64,000 bases of DNA from an uncultured Spirochaetales bacterium (lineage in GTDB: Bacteria > Spirochaetota > Spirochaetia > DSM-27196 > CAZFLD01): positions 27,039 to 91,038 of the forward strand of contig CAZFLD010000008.1 in the NCBI GenBank assembly GCA_964519835.1, written 5' to 3'. Of the stretch, positions 40,375 through 48,383 are shown one piece after another (position 1 is the first letter of the stretch; every line of letters begins with the position of its first letter). The position numbers and the translations under genes are program-made. Under the pieces are notes generated by a model. It saw only the letters and a list, made by a program, of their open reading frames with translations. It did not search any database and was not told the DNA's origin.

Positions 40375-41265
40375 ATGCCCGCAATCGTTGCCGACGGCAA
40401 AGCCCTTGCAGCTGAAATACGAGGTCTGGTGGCGGACCGGATCGTCGCTCGACCGGCGGCCTCTGTTCCGCCCGGATTGGCCGTGGTTCTTGTCGGCGAC
40501 AACGCCGCCTCGCAGACCTACGTGGCCGCGAAGGCCAAGGCGGCCGCCGAGGTCGGGATCCGGGCCCAGGACCTTCGGCATTCCGCCGACGTTTCCTCGG
40601 CCGAGCTCGAAGACGAAATCGATCGGCTCAACGCGGATCATTCCGTTCATGGAATCCTCGTCCAGCTGCCCCTGCCCAAGCACATCAACCCCGATACCAT
40701 TACCGAGCGTATCGACCCGGCCAAAGACGTGGACGGCTTTCATCCCGCCAACCTCGGTCGGCTAATGCTGGGAAGGCCGCTCGTGGAGGCGTGCACTCCC
40801 GCCGGCGTGGTGGCACTGCTCGCCAAGTACAACGTGCCCCTCGAAGGAGCCCACGTTGTGATAATCGGGCGGAGTACGATTGTCGGGAAACCGTTGGCAC
40901 TAATGCTCGCCGCCAAGGCGCCCGGCAGAAACGCGACGGTTACCATCTGCCACTCGCGAACAAAAAACCTCGCGGAGGTAGTGCGGAGCGGCGACATCGT
41001 TGTCGCTGCGGCCGGAGCGCCCGAGCTGGTTACCGCCGATATGGTGGCGCCCGGGGCCGTGGTTGTGGACGTCGGCACTAACCGTGTTGCCGACCCGTCA
41101 AAAAAGCGCGGCTATCGCTTGGTGGGAGACGTAAAATTCGAAGATGTGGCGTCAAAGGCCTCGCTTCTCACACCGGTGCCCGGCGGTATCGGCCCGCTCA
41201 CGGTGGCAATGCTTCTCCAGAACACCGTGACGGCTTGGGAAAGAGCGGTGGACGGTCATGAATAG
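40375..41265 (+). CDS. folD: Bifunctional methylene-THF dehydrogenase / methenyl-THF cyclohydrolase
   Basis: GILVQLPLP, VVIIGRSTIVGKPLALML and PVPGGIGPLTVAMLL. Confidence 0.95.
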   Translation: MPAIVADGKALAAEIRGLVADRIVARPAASVPPGLAVVLVGDNAASQTYVAAKAKAAAEVGIRAQDLRHSADVSSAELEDEIDRLNADHSVHGILVQLPLPKHINPDTITERIDPAKDVDGFHPANLGRLMLGRPLVEACTPAGVVALLAKYNVPLEGAHVVIIGRSTIVGKPLALMLAAKAPGRNATVTICHSRTKNLAEVVRSGDIVVAAAGAPELVTADMVAPGAVVVDVGTNRVADPSKKRGYRLVGDVKFEDVASKASLLTPVPGGIGPLTVAMLLQNTVTAWERAVDGHE

Positions 41266-41923
41266 GATAACGGGGGCACCAAACTTGGTGCACATCAAGA
41301 CGATTTTGGTAAGTGTTTTTGACAAGGCGGACCTCACGACCTTCCTATCACGCATTCAAAACGCGGCACCGACGGCACGAGTCATCGCAAGCGGCGGGAC
41401 CTACGCGGAGATAAAACAGCACATGGGCGAGAGACTCGTGGACCGACTTGTTCGTCTTTCGGATTTCACCGGTCAACCGGAAATGCAGGGCGGGCTCGTA
41501 AAGAGCCTGGACTATCACATCTACGCAGCGCTCCTCTCGGAGACGGAGAACGAGGATCACAAGAGAGATCTCGATCGCCTCGGCACCCCTCCGATCGACA
41601 TGGTGATAACCAACCTCTATCCTTTTGAGGCCGTCGTGGCGGATGGGTCAAACGACATCGAAGACGCCCGCGCCCATATCGACATCGGAGGGCCCGCAAT
41701 GCTCCGGGCTGCGGCGAAAAATTTCCTTCGAGTTGCAGCAGTGTGTGATGTAGGGGACTACGACGCGGTTGCCGCGGAGTTGGAGGAACAATCCGGTGCC
41801 CTGTCTTTGACCACTCGCGCTTGCTTGGCGCAAAAGGTGTTCCGTGTGACTTCCACCTACGACAACGCAATCGCTTTGTACATGGAGAAAGCCGGAGGCA
41901 CCGTGGAGCGCCGGTATCTATGA
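41258..41923 (+). CDS. purH: IMP cyclohydrolase domain of PurH (MGS-like), encoded as a separate ORF
   Basis: ILVSVFDKADL, VIASGGTYAEI, and TNLYPFEAVV...DIEDARAHIDIGGPAMLRAAAKNF. It ends at the usual IMPCH/AICARFT domain boundary. Confidence 0.85.
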   Translation: MNRITGAPNLVHIKTILVSVFDKADLTTFLSRIQNAAPTARVIASGGTYAEIKQHMGERLVDRLVRLSDFTGQPEMQGGLVKSLDYHIYAALLSETENEDHKRDLDRLGTPPIDMVITNLYPFEAVVADGSNDIEDARAHIDIGGPAMLRAAAKNFLRVAAVCDVGDYDAVAAELEEQSGALSLTTRACLAQKVFRVTSTYDNAIALYMEKAGGTVERRYL

Positions 41924-43170
41924 GCAGCAAGGACTTGCAGGCGGCCTACAAAAGCGTGTTGGAGGACCGTTTTCCTCCCACCATGGAGATTAGCTTTGTG
42001 GCTGGAGGCAACCGGCAGACCTTGGTCTACGAGCGTGTGGAATGGACGGTTGCCGGAGAGAAACGGGGCCTTCGTTACGGCGAGAATCCCGGGCAAGAAG
42101 CCGCCCTCTATAAGTTGATCAACGGGACCCTGACAATCGGCGAGGTAACGACAATAGCGCCGGGCAAGGGATTGACCAGTGATCTCGAGCTCTTGAGATC
42201 GGGCAAGCACCCGGGAAAGACAAACCTGACCGACATCGATTCCGCGCTAACAATCCTGCGCAGCCTGTCTGAGAGGACCACTGCCGTTGTGGTCAAGCAC
42301 AACAACCCAAGCGGCGTTGGCCGCGGAGCTTCCGCCGAGGAGGCGTACGGACGGGCCTACGACGCGGACAGCATCGCCGCCTTCGGTGGCGCCGTGGCGA
42401 TTAACCGGGCAATCGACCTTTCAACGGCGGAGGCGCTTGCCTCGGCATACTGCGAAGTTGTTGCGGCGCCGGAGTACGAGGAAGGCACTTTAGACGTTCT
42501 CGGCCGTCGCAAAAACCTGCGGATCATGCGCATCGGAGCGATGGACGCGTTGGAGCGTTACAGCCGAGAACGTGTTGTGGAGTTCAAGTCGCTTATAGAC
42601 GGCGGAATCGTGGCTCAATTGTCGTACCAATCCGGCGTCCGTGACGCGGCAGACCTGATAACTCCCCATGCGGTTCACGGCGACGCGTCCTACGCCGTGT
42701 CTCGTGAACCGAGCGCAGCTGAACTCGAGGCAATGCTCTTTGGTTGGAAGATTCAGGCCGGAATCATCAGCAACTCGGTAATCTTCGTGGACCGGGACCG
42801 AACGCTGGGAATCGGCGCCGGGGAACAAGACCGCGTGGGCGTTGCCCAGATTGCACGAGACAAGGCCTATTCACGGCACAGAGAGCGTTTGGCACGGCGC
42901 CGCTACGGGAGATCTTTTGCAGAGCTCGATGACCAGGCGCCGGCCGAGATTTGCGCCGCGGTGGACGAGGCAAAGGCGGAGCTCCCGGGGTCCGCGATGG
43001 TATCCGACGGCTTTTTCCCGTTCCGCGACGGTGCCTTGGTCGGTCTCCACGAGGGAGTGGGAGCAATTCTGCAGCCGGGCGGCAGCCTGCGAGACTGGGA
43101 AGTCATTGAGGCCGTCAATGAGTACAATACGGCAATGATGTTTACCGGAGAGAGGGTGTTCCGGCACTAG
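41920..43170 (+). CDS. purH: AICAR formyltransferase domain of PurH, encoded as a separate ORF
   Basis: ATGA overlap with the previous ORF. Motifs LRYGENPGQ, VKHNNPSGV, VSDGFFPFRDG and FTGERVFRH. Confidence 0.85.
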   Translation: MSSKDLQAAYKSVLEDRFPPTMEISFVAGGNRQTLVYERVEWTVAGEKRGLRYGENPGQEAALYKLINGTLTIGEVTTIAPGKGLTSDLELLRSGKHPGKTNLTDIDSALTILRSLSERTTAVVVKHNNPSGVGRGASAEEAYGRAYDADSIAAFGGAVAINRAIDLSTAEALASAYCEVVAAPEYEEGTLDVLGRRKNLRIMRIGAMDALERYSRERVVEFKSLIDGGIVAQLSYQSGVRDAADLITPHAVHGDASYAVSREPSAAELEAMLFGWKIQAGIISNSVIFVDRDRTLGIGAGEQDRVGVAQIARDKAYSRHRERLARRRYGRSFAELDDQAPAEICAAVDEAKAELPGSAMVSDGFFPFRDGALVGLHEGVGAILQPGGSLRDWEVIEAVNEYNTAMMFTGERVFRH

Positions 43171-43179
43171 GATCAGCGC

Positions 43180-45153
43180 TTGTTATACAGATACCGCTCC
43201 GGCCGCCTTCGAACCGTCCTTGTAGTCATCGGAGTATCTATCCTGCTTCTTGCAGGTCTTGTCACCGTGCTCTGGGCCCTGCTGCTACGCCCAAGCACGC
43301 CGTCGGCGGTGGCCGCCGAAGTCCGCAAGAACGCCGAACAACTCGACCGCCTCGAGCGCAACTTGGCGACAGCCCTCGAGTCACTTAACGAGCTACGTGC
43401 CGATTTCGGCTTTGATAAGACGGACCTCGAGTTGTCTTCGCCCGATGATACCGATCTCTCCGAACATGACCACGGCACACCGGCAGGGGGCGACGGCACG
43501 GCGGAGGCGGTGGACCTGTTGTTGCGGCTGAAGAATGCGGGAGACCGTGCCGCCTTTCTCGAGACCGAGACAAACCGGCCCGGTTTTTTGCGCCTGTTGG
43601 AAGACAGAGACCTTACCCTGGAGCCCGTGCGGTCGGACATGTACGCGATTTCCACCGGCTACGGAGAGGTGCTTGATATTGCGGCGGTGGATTCGAATGT
43701 GCTCCGTGTAACCGCGGACGACGAAGAAATCGGTCGCTACGAGTCCCTCGAAGGGAGTGACCTCCGACGACTAGCAACTCACGTCGACCGAGCCCTGGAA
43801 CGTCACCGGGAACACGTATCTACCGTGGAGTCGGTTCTCGCCGACCTCGCCGAATTGCCGGCCGAGGGTGTTCGCGCCGGCACCGGCACCAGGGGCGCCT
43901 TCGAGAGCCACATCGAAGTCACGGACTCCTACGGCCGGGTGCTTGCCGTCGCGATGGTTGGGACGGACACCATACGTCTTGGCGCCACGGACTTGGGCGT
44001 GAGCGAGGGCATCGCTGCAATCCGCACTAAGGTGATTACCGCCGACACACGAAGCCCGGACGACCTACAACGATCGCAGGCGTTGGAAGCTCTAGAATCA
44101 CTTGTGCGCAATGAAGAGTTGACGGCGCAACTACTAAACGCCGGGCTTTTTATTGGTGATCGCCTCCGAGAGGATTCTGAGTACCTCTACTTCGACATCA
44201 CCGACGGCGCCGGCCGAAAAGTGGGGTCCCTTGCTGCTCAGCTCGAGTATGGAACACTCTGGATCGTAGATGCAGACGACGTTCCCATAGCCTCTCTGGA
44301 GGCTCTTACCGACGGGGCCTTCGAGACGGACGTTATTCCCGGTGATTCCTCGATCGAGAGTCCAACCGGCGATCTCATAGCGCTAATCGGCACCCATGAG
44401 CGGTTGGCCGACACTATTATTGTCGCCCATGCGGACCCGGAAGGGAAGGCAATTTCCCTTTTGAGCGTTCCACGCGACCTGTTCTTCCAAGGCCGGAAGA
44501 TCAACTCCGTGTTTCGCGCATACGGCGCGGATCAGTTCCTAGAAGAGCTGTCGGCAATCATCGGCGTCCGGATCGATCGTTACATGGCCGTCGACATGTA
44601 CGCCTTTATAGACGTGGTAAACATCCTCGGGGGCATAGAAGTCTACCTCGCCGAGGATCTCGTTGACCCCACCTACAGTGTAAAAGACAAGGGACTGTGG
44701 GGAACATTGGCGTACGAAAGGGGAACACACCGGCTTTCGGGCCTCGAGGCGCTCCGTGTCGCCCGATCGCGGTATGTCAGCTCGGATTTTGGACGAGCAG
44801 AGCGGCAGCATGAAATCATCAACGGCATCCTGGCCCGCCTAAAGACTGCCGGCGTCTCTGAGATCTCGCGCCTTGCCCAGGTGCTGGTCCGTTTTGTGGA
44901 AACCAATATTGGCCTTCCGGATCTTGTGCGAATGGGCTTGACATATCGGCGGGCCGATCTTTCAAACCGTTATGTTTTAAGCAGTTACAACGTCCTTTAC
45001 GCGACATACACAAATCTGTATTATTCAAATACAACCCTCGAGGAAGTAGACGACGACTTTTTTGTGGGTTCTTGGATTCTTGTGCCAACCGATAATCGGT
45101 GGGACAGAGTTCGAAGCTACGTGCGTAACGCGTTGTTCGGAGGAAAAACATGA
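43180..45153 (+). CDS. LytR-CpsA-Psr (LCP) family protein with a ~380-aa N-terminal extracytoplasmic extension
   Basis: An N-terminal TM anchor and a C-terminal LCP core (ADTIIVAHADPEGKAISLLSVPRDLFF...IDRYMAVDMYAFIDVVNILGGIEV...ARSR). Confidence 0.8.
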   Translation: MLYRYRSGRLRTVLVVIGVSILLLAGLVTVLWALLLRPSTPSAVAAEVRKNAEQLDRLERNLATALESLNELRADFGFDKTDLELSSPDDTDLSEHDHGTPAGGDGTAEAVDLLLRLKNAGDRAAFLETETNRPGFLRLLEDRDLTLEPVRSDMYAISTGYGEVLDIAAVDSNVLRVTADDEEIGRYESLEGSDLRRLATHVDRALERHREHVSTVESVLADLAELPAEGVRAGTGTRGAFESHIEVTDSYGRVLAVAMVGTDTIRLGATDLGVSEGIAAIRTKVITADTRSPDDLQRSQALEALESLVRNEELTAQLLNAGLFIGDRLREDSEYLYFDITDGAGRKVGSLAAQLEYGTLWIVDADDVPIASLEALTDGAFETDVIPGDSSIESPTGDLIALIGTHERLADTIIVAHADPEGKAISLLSVPRDLFFQGRKINSVFRAYGADQFLEELSAIIGVRIDRYMAVDMYAFIDVVNILGGIEVYLAEDLVDPTYSVKDKGLWGTLAYERGTHRLSGLEALRVARSRYVSSDFGRAERQHEIINGILARLKTAGVSEISRLAQVLVRFVETNIGLPDLVRMGLTYRRADLSNRYVLSSYNVLYATYTNLYYSNTTLEEVDDDFFVGSWILVPTDNRWDRVRSYVRNALFGGKT

Positions 45154-45512
45154 GTGACAGCCGCGAAATGGTCCCACGAAATGAGTTGGTCCGTATCGGC
45201 GGGAAAGGGGTGGCCGGCATCGCCGGTGGCATAGGCTTGCTTGTGCTTCGAGGTGTTGCTTCGGCAACCGTTCCCGGTCTGATTGTCGGTGGCATCCTCA
45301 CTGCGGTTGGCATCGGCATCTCCGCAACGTCAAAAAAGGACCGGATAACCGGCTTGGTCGCCACCGCTGCCGGAGCCCTTACCGTGGTTGCCTCGTTGCC
45401 GATAATCGGAGGCCTCGGAAGTGGTCTGATGCTTGCGGGCGGCGTTGGTCTTTTGGTCGCCGGAGGCATCGGGCTGTATAAGTTCTTCAAAGGCCTACGG
45501 ACTCGTAGGTAA
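45150..45512 (+). CDS. Small Gly-rich integral membrane protein
   Basis: ATGA overlap with the LCP gene. It has 3-4 Gly-zipper-like hydrophobic segments. I recognise no family. Confidence 0.55.
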   Translation: MSDSREMVPRNELVRIGGKGVAGIAGGIGLLVLRGVASATVPGLIVGGILTAVGIGISATSKKDRITGLVATAAGALTVVASLPIIGGLGSGLMLAGGVGLLVAGGIGLYKFFKGLRTRR

Positions 45513-45850
45513 TGCCCTTTCGCCTTATAGCCTTTTTAATCGTCGCGGCTCTCCTGATCGTATTTGCGGGCTTCAACGCCGGACACACCTCAGACATTTC
45601 CTTTGGGTTTACCACAATCCATGATGTGCCGATATTTGTCAGTCTTTTTGCCGCCTTTGCCTTGGGGATTATTGTCTCGCTTCCGCTGATCACAATCGCT
45701 CGATTCAAACGCCGACGGTCAGCAAAGACCCCAAAACCGCCGAAAATTACGAGCGGAGGGTCTCGTGACAAAAATAGCAAGTCCCAAGAAACGCGCCAAA
45801 AGGCGCAGTCCGTTGCCGCGACCCAGAACAGCGGTCCCGCCAACAAGTAA
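45512..45850 (+). CDS. LapA-domain (DUF1049-like) membrane protein with a basic tail
   Basis: TAATG junction with the upstream gene. Two TM helices in a LapA-like arrangement (FRLIAFLIVAALLIVFAGFN ... IFVSLFAAFALGIIVSLPL, then RFKRRR). Confidence 0.65.
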   Translation: MPFRLIAFLIVAALLIVFAGFNAGHTSDISFGFTTIHDVPIFVSLFAAFALGIIVSLPLITIARFKRRRSAKTPKPPKITSGGSRDKNSKSQETRQKAQSVAATQNSGPANK

Positions 45851-46811
45851 TTACTCTCATGACGGCCCGACACGACGCCTTGCGGTTGCCGTTGTTTGTT
45901 TTCTGTTTCTGCCGATAAGCGTCGCCGCCGACGACCGTGCCGCCGACACCATCGCCGACCCACAAGAGCCGGCGACGATTATTGTGGCGGATCTGCGCGT
46001 GGCGGCGGTGGCCGCGGCCGCCGACGGAGACGACAACCGCCTTGTGTCGATTTATCGTCGTATGGGCCTGCTTTTTGAATTGTCAGGAGACTTCGAGGCC
46101 GCCGCGGCAGCCTACGATGAGGCCCAGACCCACTCCGACCGCTCGGAGCTCCTCGTCAGAGCGGGCATGATGTACGTGGAACTCGGCGACAACATCAGAG
46201 CCTCCGCGCGAGCACGGAAGGCGGCGGAAAACTGGAACGGAGACGACGCCGGTCTCGAAGACCTGGCCATCCTGGTAACTCGCCTAGAGGCATTGGCCGG
46301 TGCCGGTCTAGGACCGAGCCCGGGCGTGGAAATCGAAGTCCCCGAAATCGCACTCTCGGACAGGCTGGCCTATATATTGCATGGAGAATCGACTACAGAT
46401 GCGAGCCCCGAGGCGTTTTTGTCCTCCGCCGTGGGCGAGACCAGGGATACCGCCGCCTCGGGTCCCTTTGTGCCCATGCCGACGCCGTGGTATCTCACCT
46501 ACGGCGTCACTGGAGAGGGGGAGCCTGCGGAGACCTTTTCCGGCAACGGCAACAGTGGTGGCGACGCGGGACCTACGGCAATTCAAGTCGGGTCCTTTGT
46601 CGTGGAGCAAAACGCGGCCGATCTCGTGGCGGTGTTGGAGGCCAAGGGATTTGGCGCCTCAGTAGTTGCGGGCCGGGAAACCGCTGACGGCGGCCGCTAT
46701 CATCGAGTAGTTGTACCCGTGCACGGAGGTGCCGACGCGCAGCCGTTGATGACGTCGCTCAGAGAGGCCGGCCACGAGGGCTACTTTTTTTTCGGTGAGT
46801 TGTCCCCGTAG
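45765..46811 (+). CDS. Bitopic SPOR-domain peptidoglycan-binding protein (FtsN-like architecture)
   Basis: GTG 45765 lies 7 nt after GGAGGG. It has a basic cytoplasmic tail, one TM helix (LAVAVVCFLFLPISVAA) and a C-terminal SPOR domain (IQVGSFVVEQNAADLVAVLEAKGFGASVV...YHRVVVPV). Confidence 0.75.
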   Translation: MTKIASPKKRAKRRSPLPRPRTAVPPTSNYSHDGPTRRLAVAVVCFLFLPISVAADDRAADTIADPQEPATIIVADLRVAAVAAAADGDDNRLVSIYRRMGLLFELSGDFEAAAAAYDEAQTHSDRSELLVRAGMMYVELGDNIRASARARKAAENWNGDDAGLEDLAILVTRLEALAGAGLGPSPGVEIEVPEIALSDRLAYILHGESTTDASPEAFLSSAVGETRDTAASGPFVPMPTPWYLTYGVTGEGEPAETFSGNGNSGGDAGPTAIQVGSFVVEQNAADLVAVLEAKGFGASVVAGRETADGGRYHRVVVPVHGGADAQPLMTSLREAGHEGYFFFGELSP

Positions 46812-46827
46812 GCTGGGCAGGCGGAGC

Positions 46828-48321
46828 CTAATCGAGCTCTTCGATCTGCTCGAGTCGCAGTGGAAGCTCCTCGACAACTTCCACACCATGGATGGTCGGT
46901 TGAGCCTCCCGGAGCACAAGCCGACGAACTACTCGCGACTCTCCGACCTCTTCGCTGAACTCCGCTCGGTAGGTGCGTGTCTCAACAACACGACCGGCTG
47001 AATCGAGGAGCTTGAGTTGGAGCACTAGCCCGTCTAACTCAAAAAGGGCAAACCCACCGCGCTCTTCCTCGCCATTTTCTCGTAGCGTAAATAGTGGTGC
47101 GGAAAAAAAGATCTCGACTCCGGAATCGCCGGTGTACAACCCGGAGAAAGACTGACGGCTCATTAAGATCCCGCGGTAGCTTGGTCCAACAAGTGAGTCT
47201 TGAAGTCCTTCCGACAGCTTTTTGTACGTTCCGTCCCACAAGTCGCTCCCATGGATCGATAGTCGTATAGTGTCCAGGTCATCGACCGCGACAACGCCAA
47301 ACCGTTTAATGGACTGAATCGCCTCGTTCGTGAGGTTTATCTGGAGGTTTTGGTAGATAGTCTTGTAGCTGTTGTCCCAGAGAAACGACTCTTGCACATC
47401 GTTCGCCAAAAACGTGATGGTATCCGCGCGCGGGTCGAAGTGGAGCAGTACAACCGAGTCGCCGCCAAGCGCGGCCCCGGAAGTGCGAAACCATGGTCCG
47501 TCCAAGAAATTCCGAAAGTCCGCCTCATCGCCCCGATAGAGGCGGCTCAGCTCCTCGTCCGATGTATCAGCCGCGGGAATCTCCTCCCGTCCAATGGACA
47601 CGTAGCGCTCTTCTCTGGCCAGCCACGCGTAGGTTTCTTCCACAAGATCCATGATGTCGTCGGAAGACTCGCTCGGTGATTGAACGACCACGTCGAAAGG
47701 CCTGCCCCAGCTCGATCCGTTCTGGTAAGCGCCGCTGCGCTCATACTCACTGATTTCGATGCTTCCGGGCGCACCCACCGACAGAATGGGTCGGTAGTAG
47801 AGCCCTATACCCGTCGGAGGAACGGTGCGCTTGAAGACGTCGACGTGTTGTTCGCCGCTATTGTTCGCTCCAATCGCGACCACCTCCAACTCGTGGTCAC
47901 CCGTGAGGTCGATTAGCGACAGACCAAAGCTGGTGCGGTCGGTGGCGCCTGTTTCGCCCCGCCAGGAGACTACAAAGCTGTCGCGAACATTATCAAAATC
48001 CAGGACTACCAGACGAATCAAGTCCAGAGGATCTTCCCGACGCTTGAAAACAATAATCTGCTCTTCGATCACGTCGAGATCGAGATTGGACTCCAAGACA
48101 TCAATCACAACCTCGGAAAACTCGACCTTTGGCGTCGGGTGCTGGGAAACACCTGCCGCGACGCGCATGCTGTCCACGCCGGCGGTGAGACTAATTCCCG
48201 GTGCGGCTTCCGGCACGATGTATTGCGACCGGATTCGTGCAGAAGTGGGTTCTTCAGCCGGGGGCGTGCAGGAAGACAGCAGCAGCACAAGGATCGCCGA
48301 TATTCCATAGCCTAATCGCAC
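46828..48321 (-). CDS. Hypothetical lipoprotein
   Basis: GTG 48321 gives MRLGYGISAILVLLLSSC (lipobox). The ORF stays open up to GTG 48375. I recognise no family. Confidence 0.6.
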   Translation of the reverse strand: MRLGYGISAILVLLLSSCTPPAEEPTSARIRSQYIVPEAAPGISLTAGVDSMRVAAGVSQHPTPKVEFSEVVIDVLESNLDLDVIEEQIIVFKRREDPLDLIRLVVLDFDNVRDSFVVSWRGETGATDRTSFGLSLIDLTGDHELEVVAIGANNSGEQHVDVFKRTVPPTGIGLYYRPILSVGAPGSIEISEYERSGAYQNGSSWGRPFDVVVQSPSESSDDIMDLVEETYAWLAREERYVSIGREEIPAADTSDEELSRLYRGDEADFRNFLDGPWFRTSGAALGGDSVVLLHFDPRADTITFLANDVQESFLWDNSYKTIYQNLQINLTNEAIQSIKRFGVVAVDDLDTIRLSIHGSDLWDGTYKKLSEGLQDSLVGPSYRGILMSRQSFSGLYTGDSGVEIFFSAPLFTLRENGEEERGGFALFELDGLVLQLKLLDSAGRVVETRTYRAEFSEEVGESRVVRRLVLREAQPTIHGVEVVEELPLRLEQIEELD

Positions 48322-48343
48322 GCGGCAGACTACCACGCTAGAG

Positions 48344-48378
48344 GGCCTTTGACAAAGGCCGTCGCTTTTTGACACTAT
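48344..48378 (+). promoter_or_regulatory. 17-bp perfect palindrome overlapping a candidate purB promoter
   Basis: GGCCTTTGACAAAGGCC (48344-48360) contains TTGACA (48349-48354). An 18-nt spacer follows, then CACTAT (48373-48378). ATG 48384 lies 5 nt later and has no Shine-Dalgarno. Confidence 0.4.
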
Positions 48379-48383
48379 TCGCT

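Noticed and set aside
46808-46832. A short inverted repeat (AGGCT...AGCCT) between the convergent SPOR and lipoprotein genes, considered as a bidirectional terminator.
   Set aside because: It has only a 5-bp stem with a 10-nt loop and no flanking T or A runs, so it is too weak to call.
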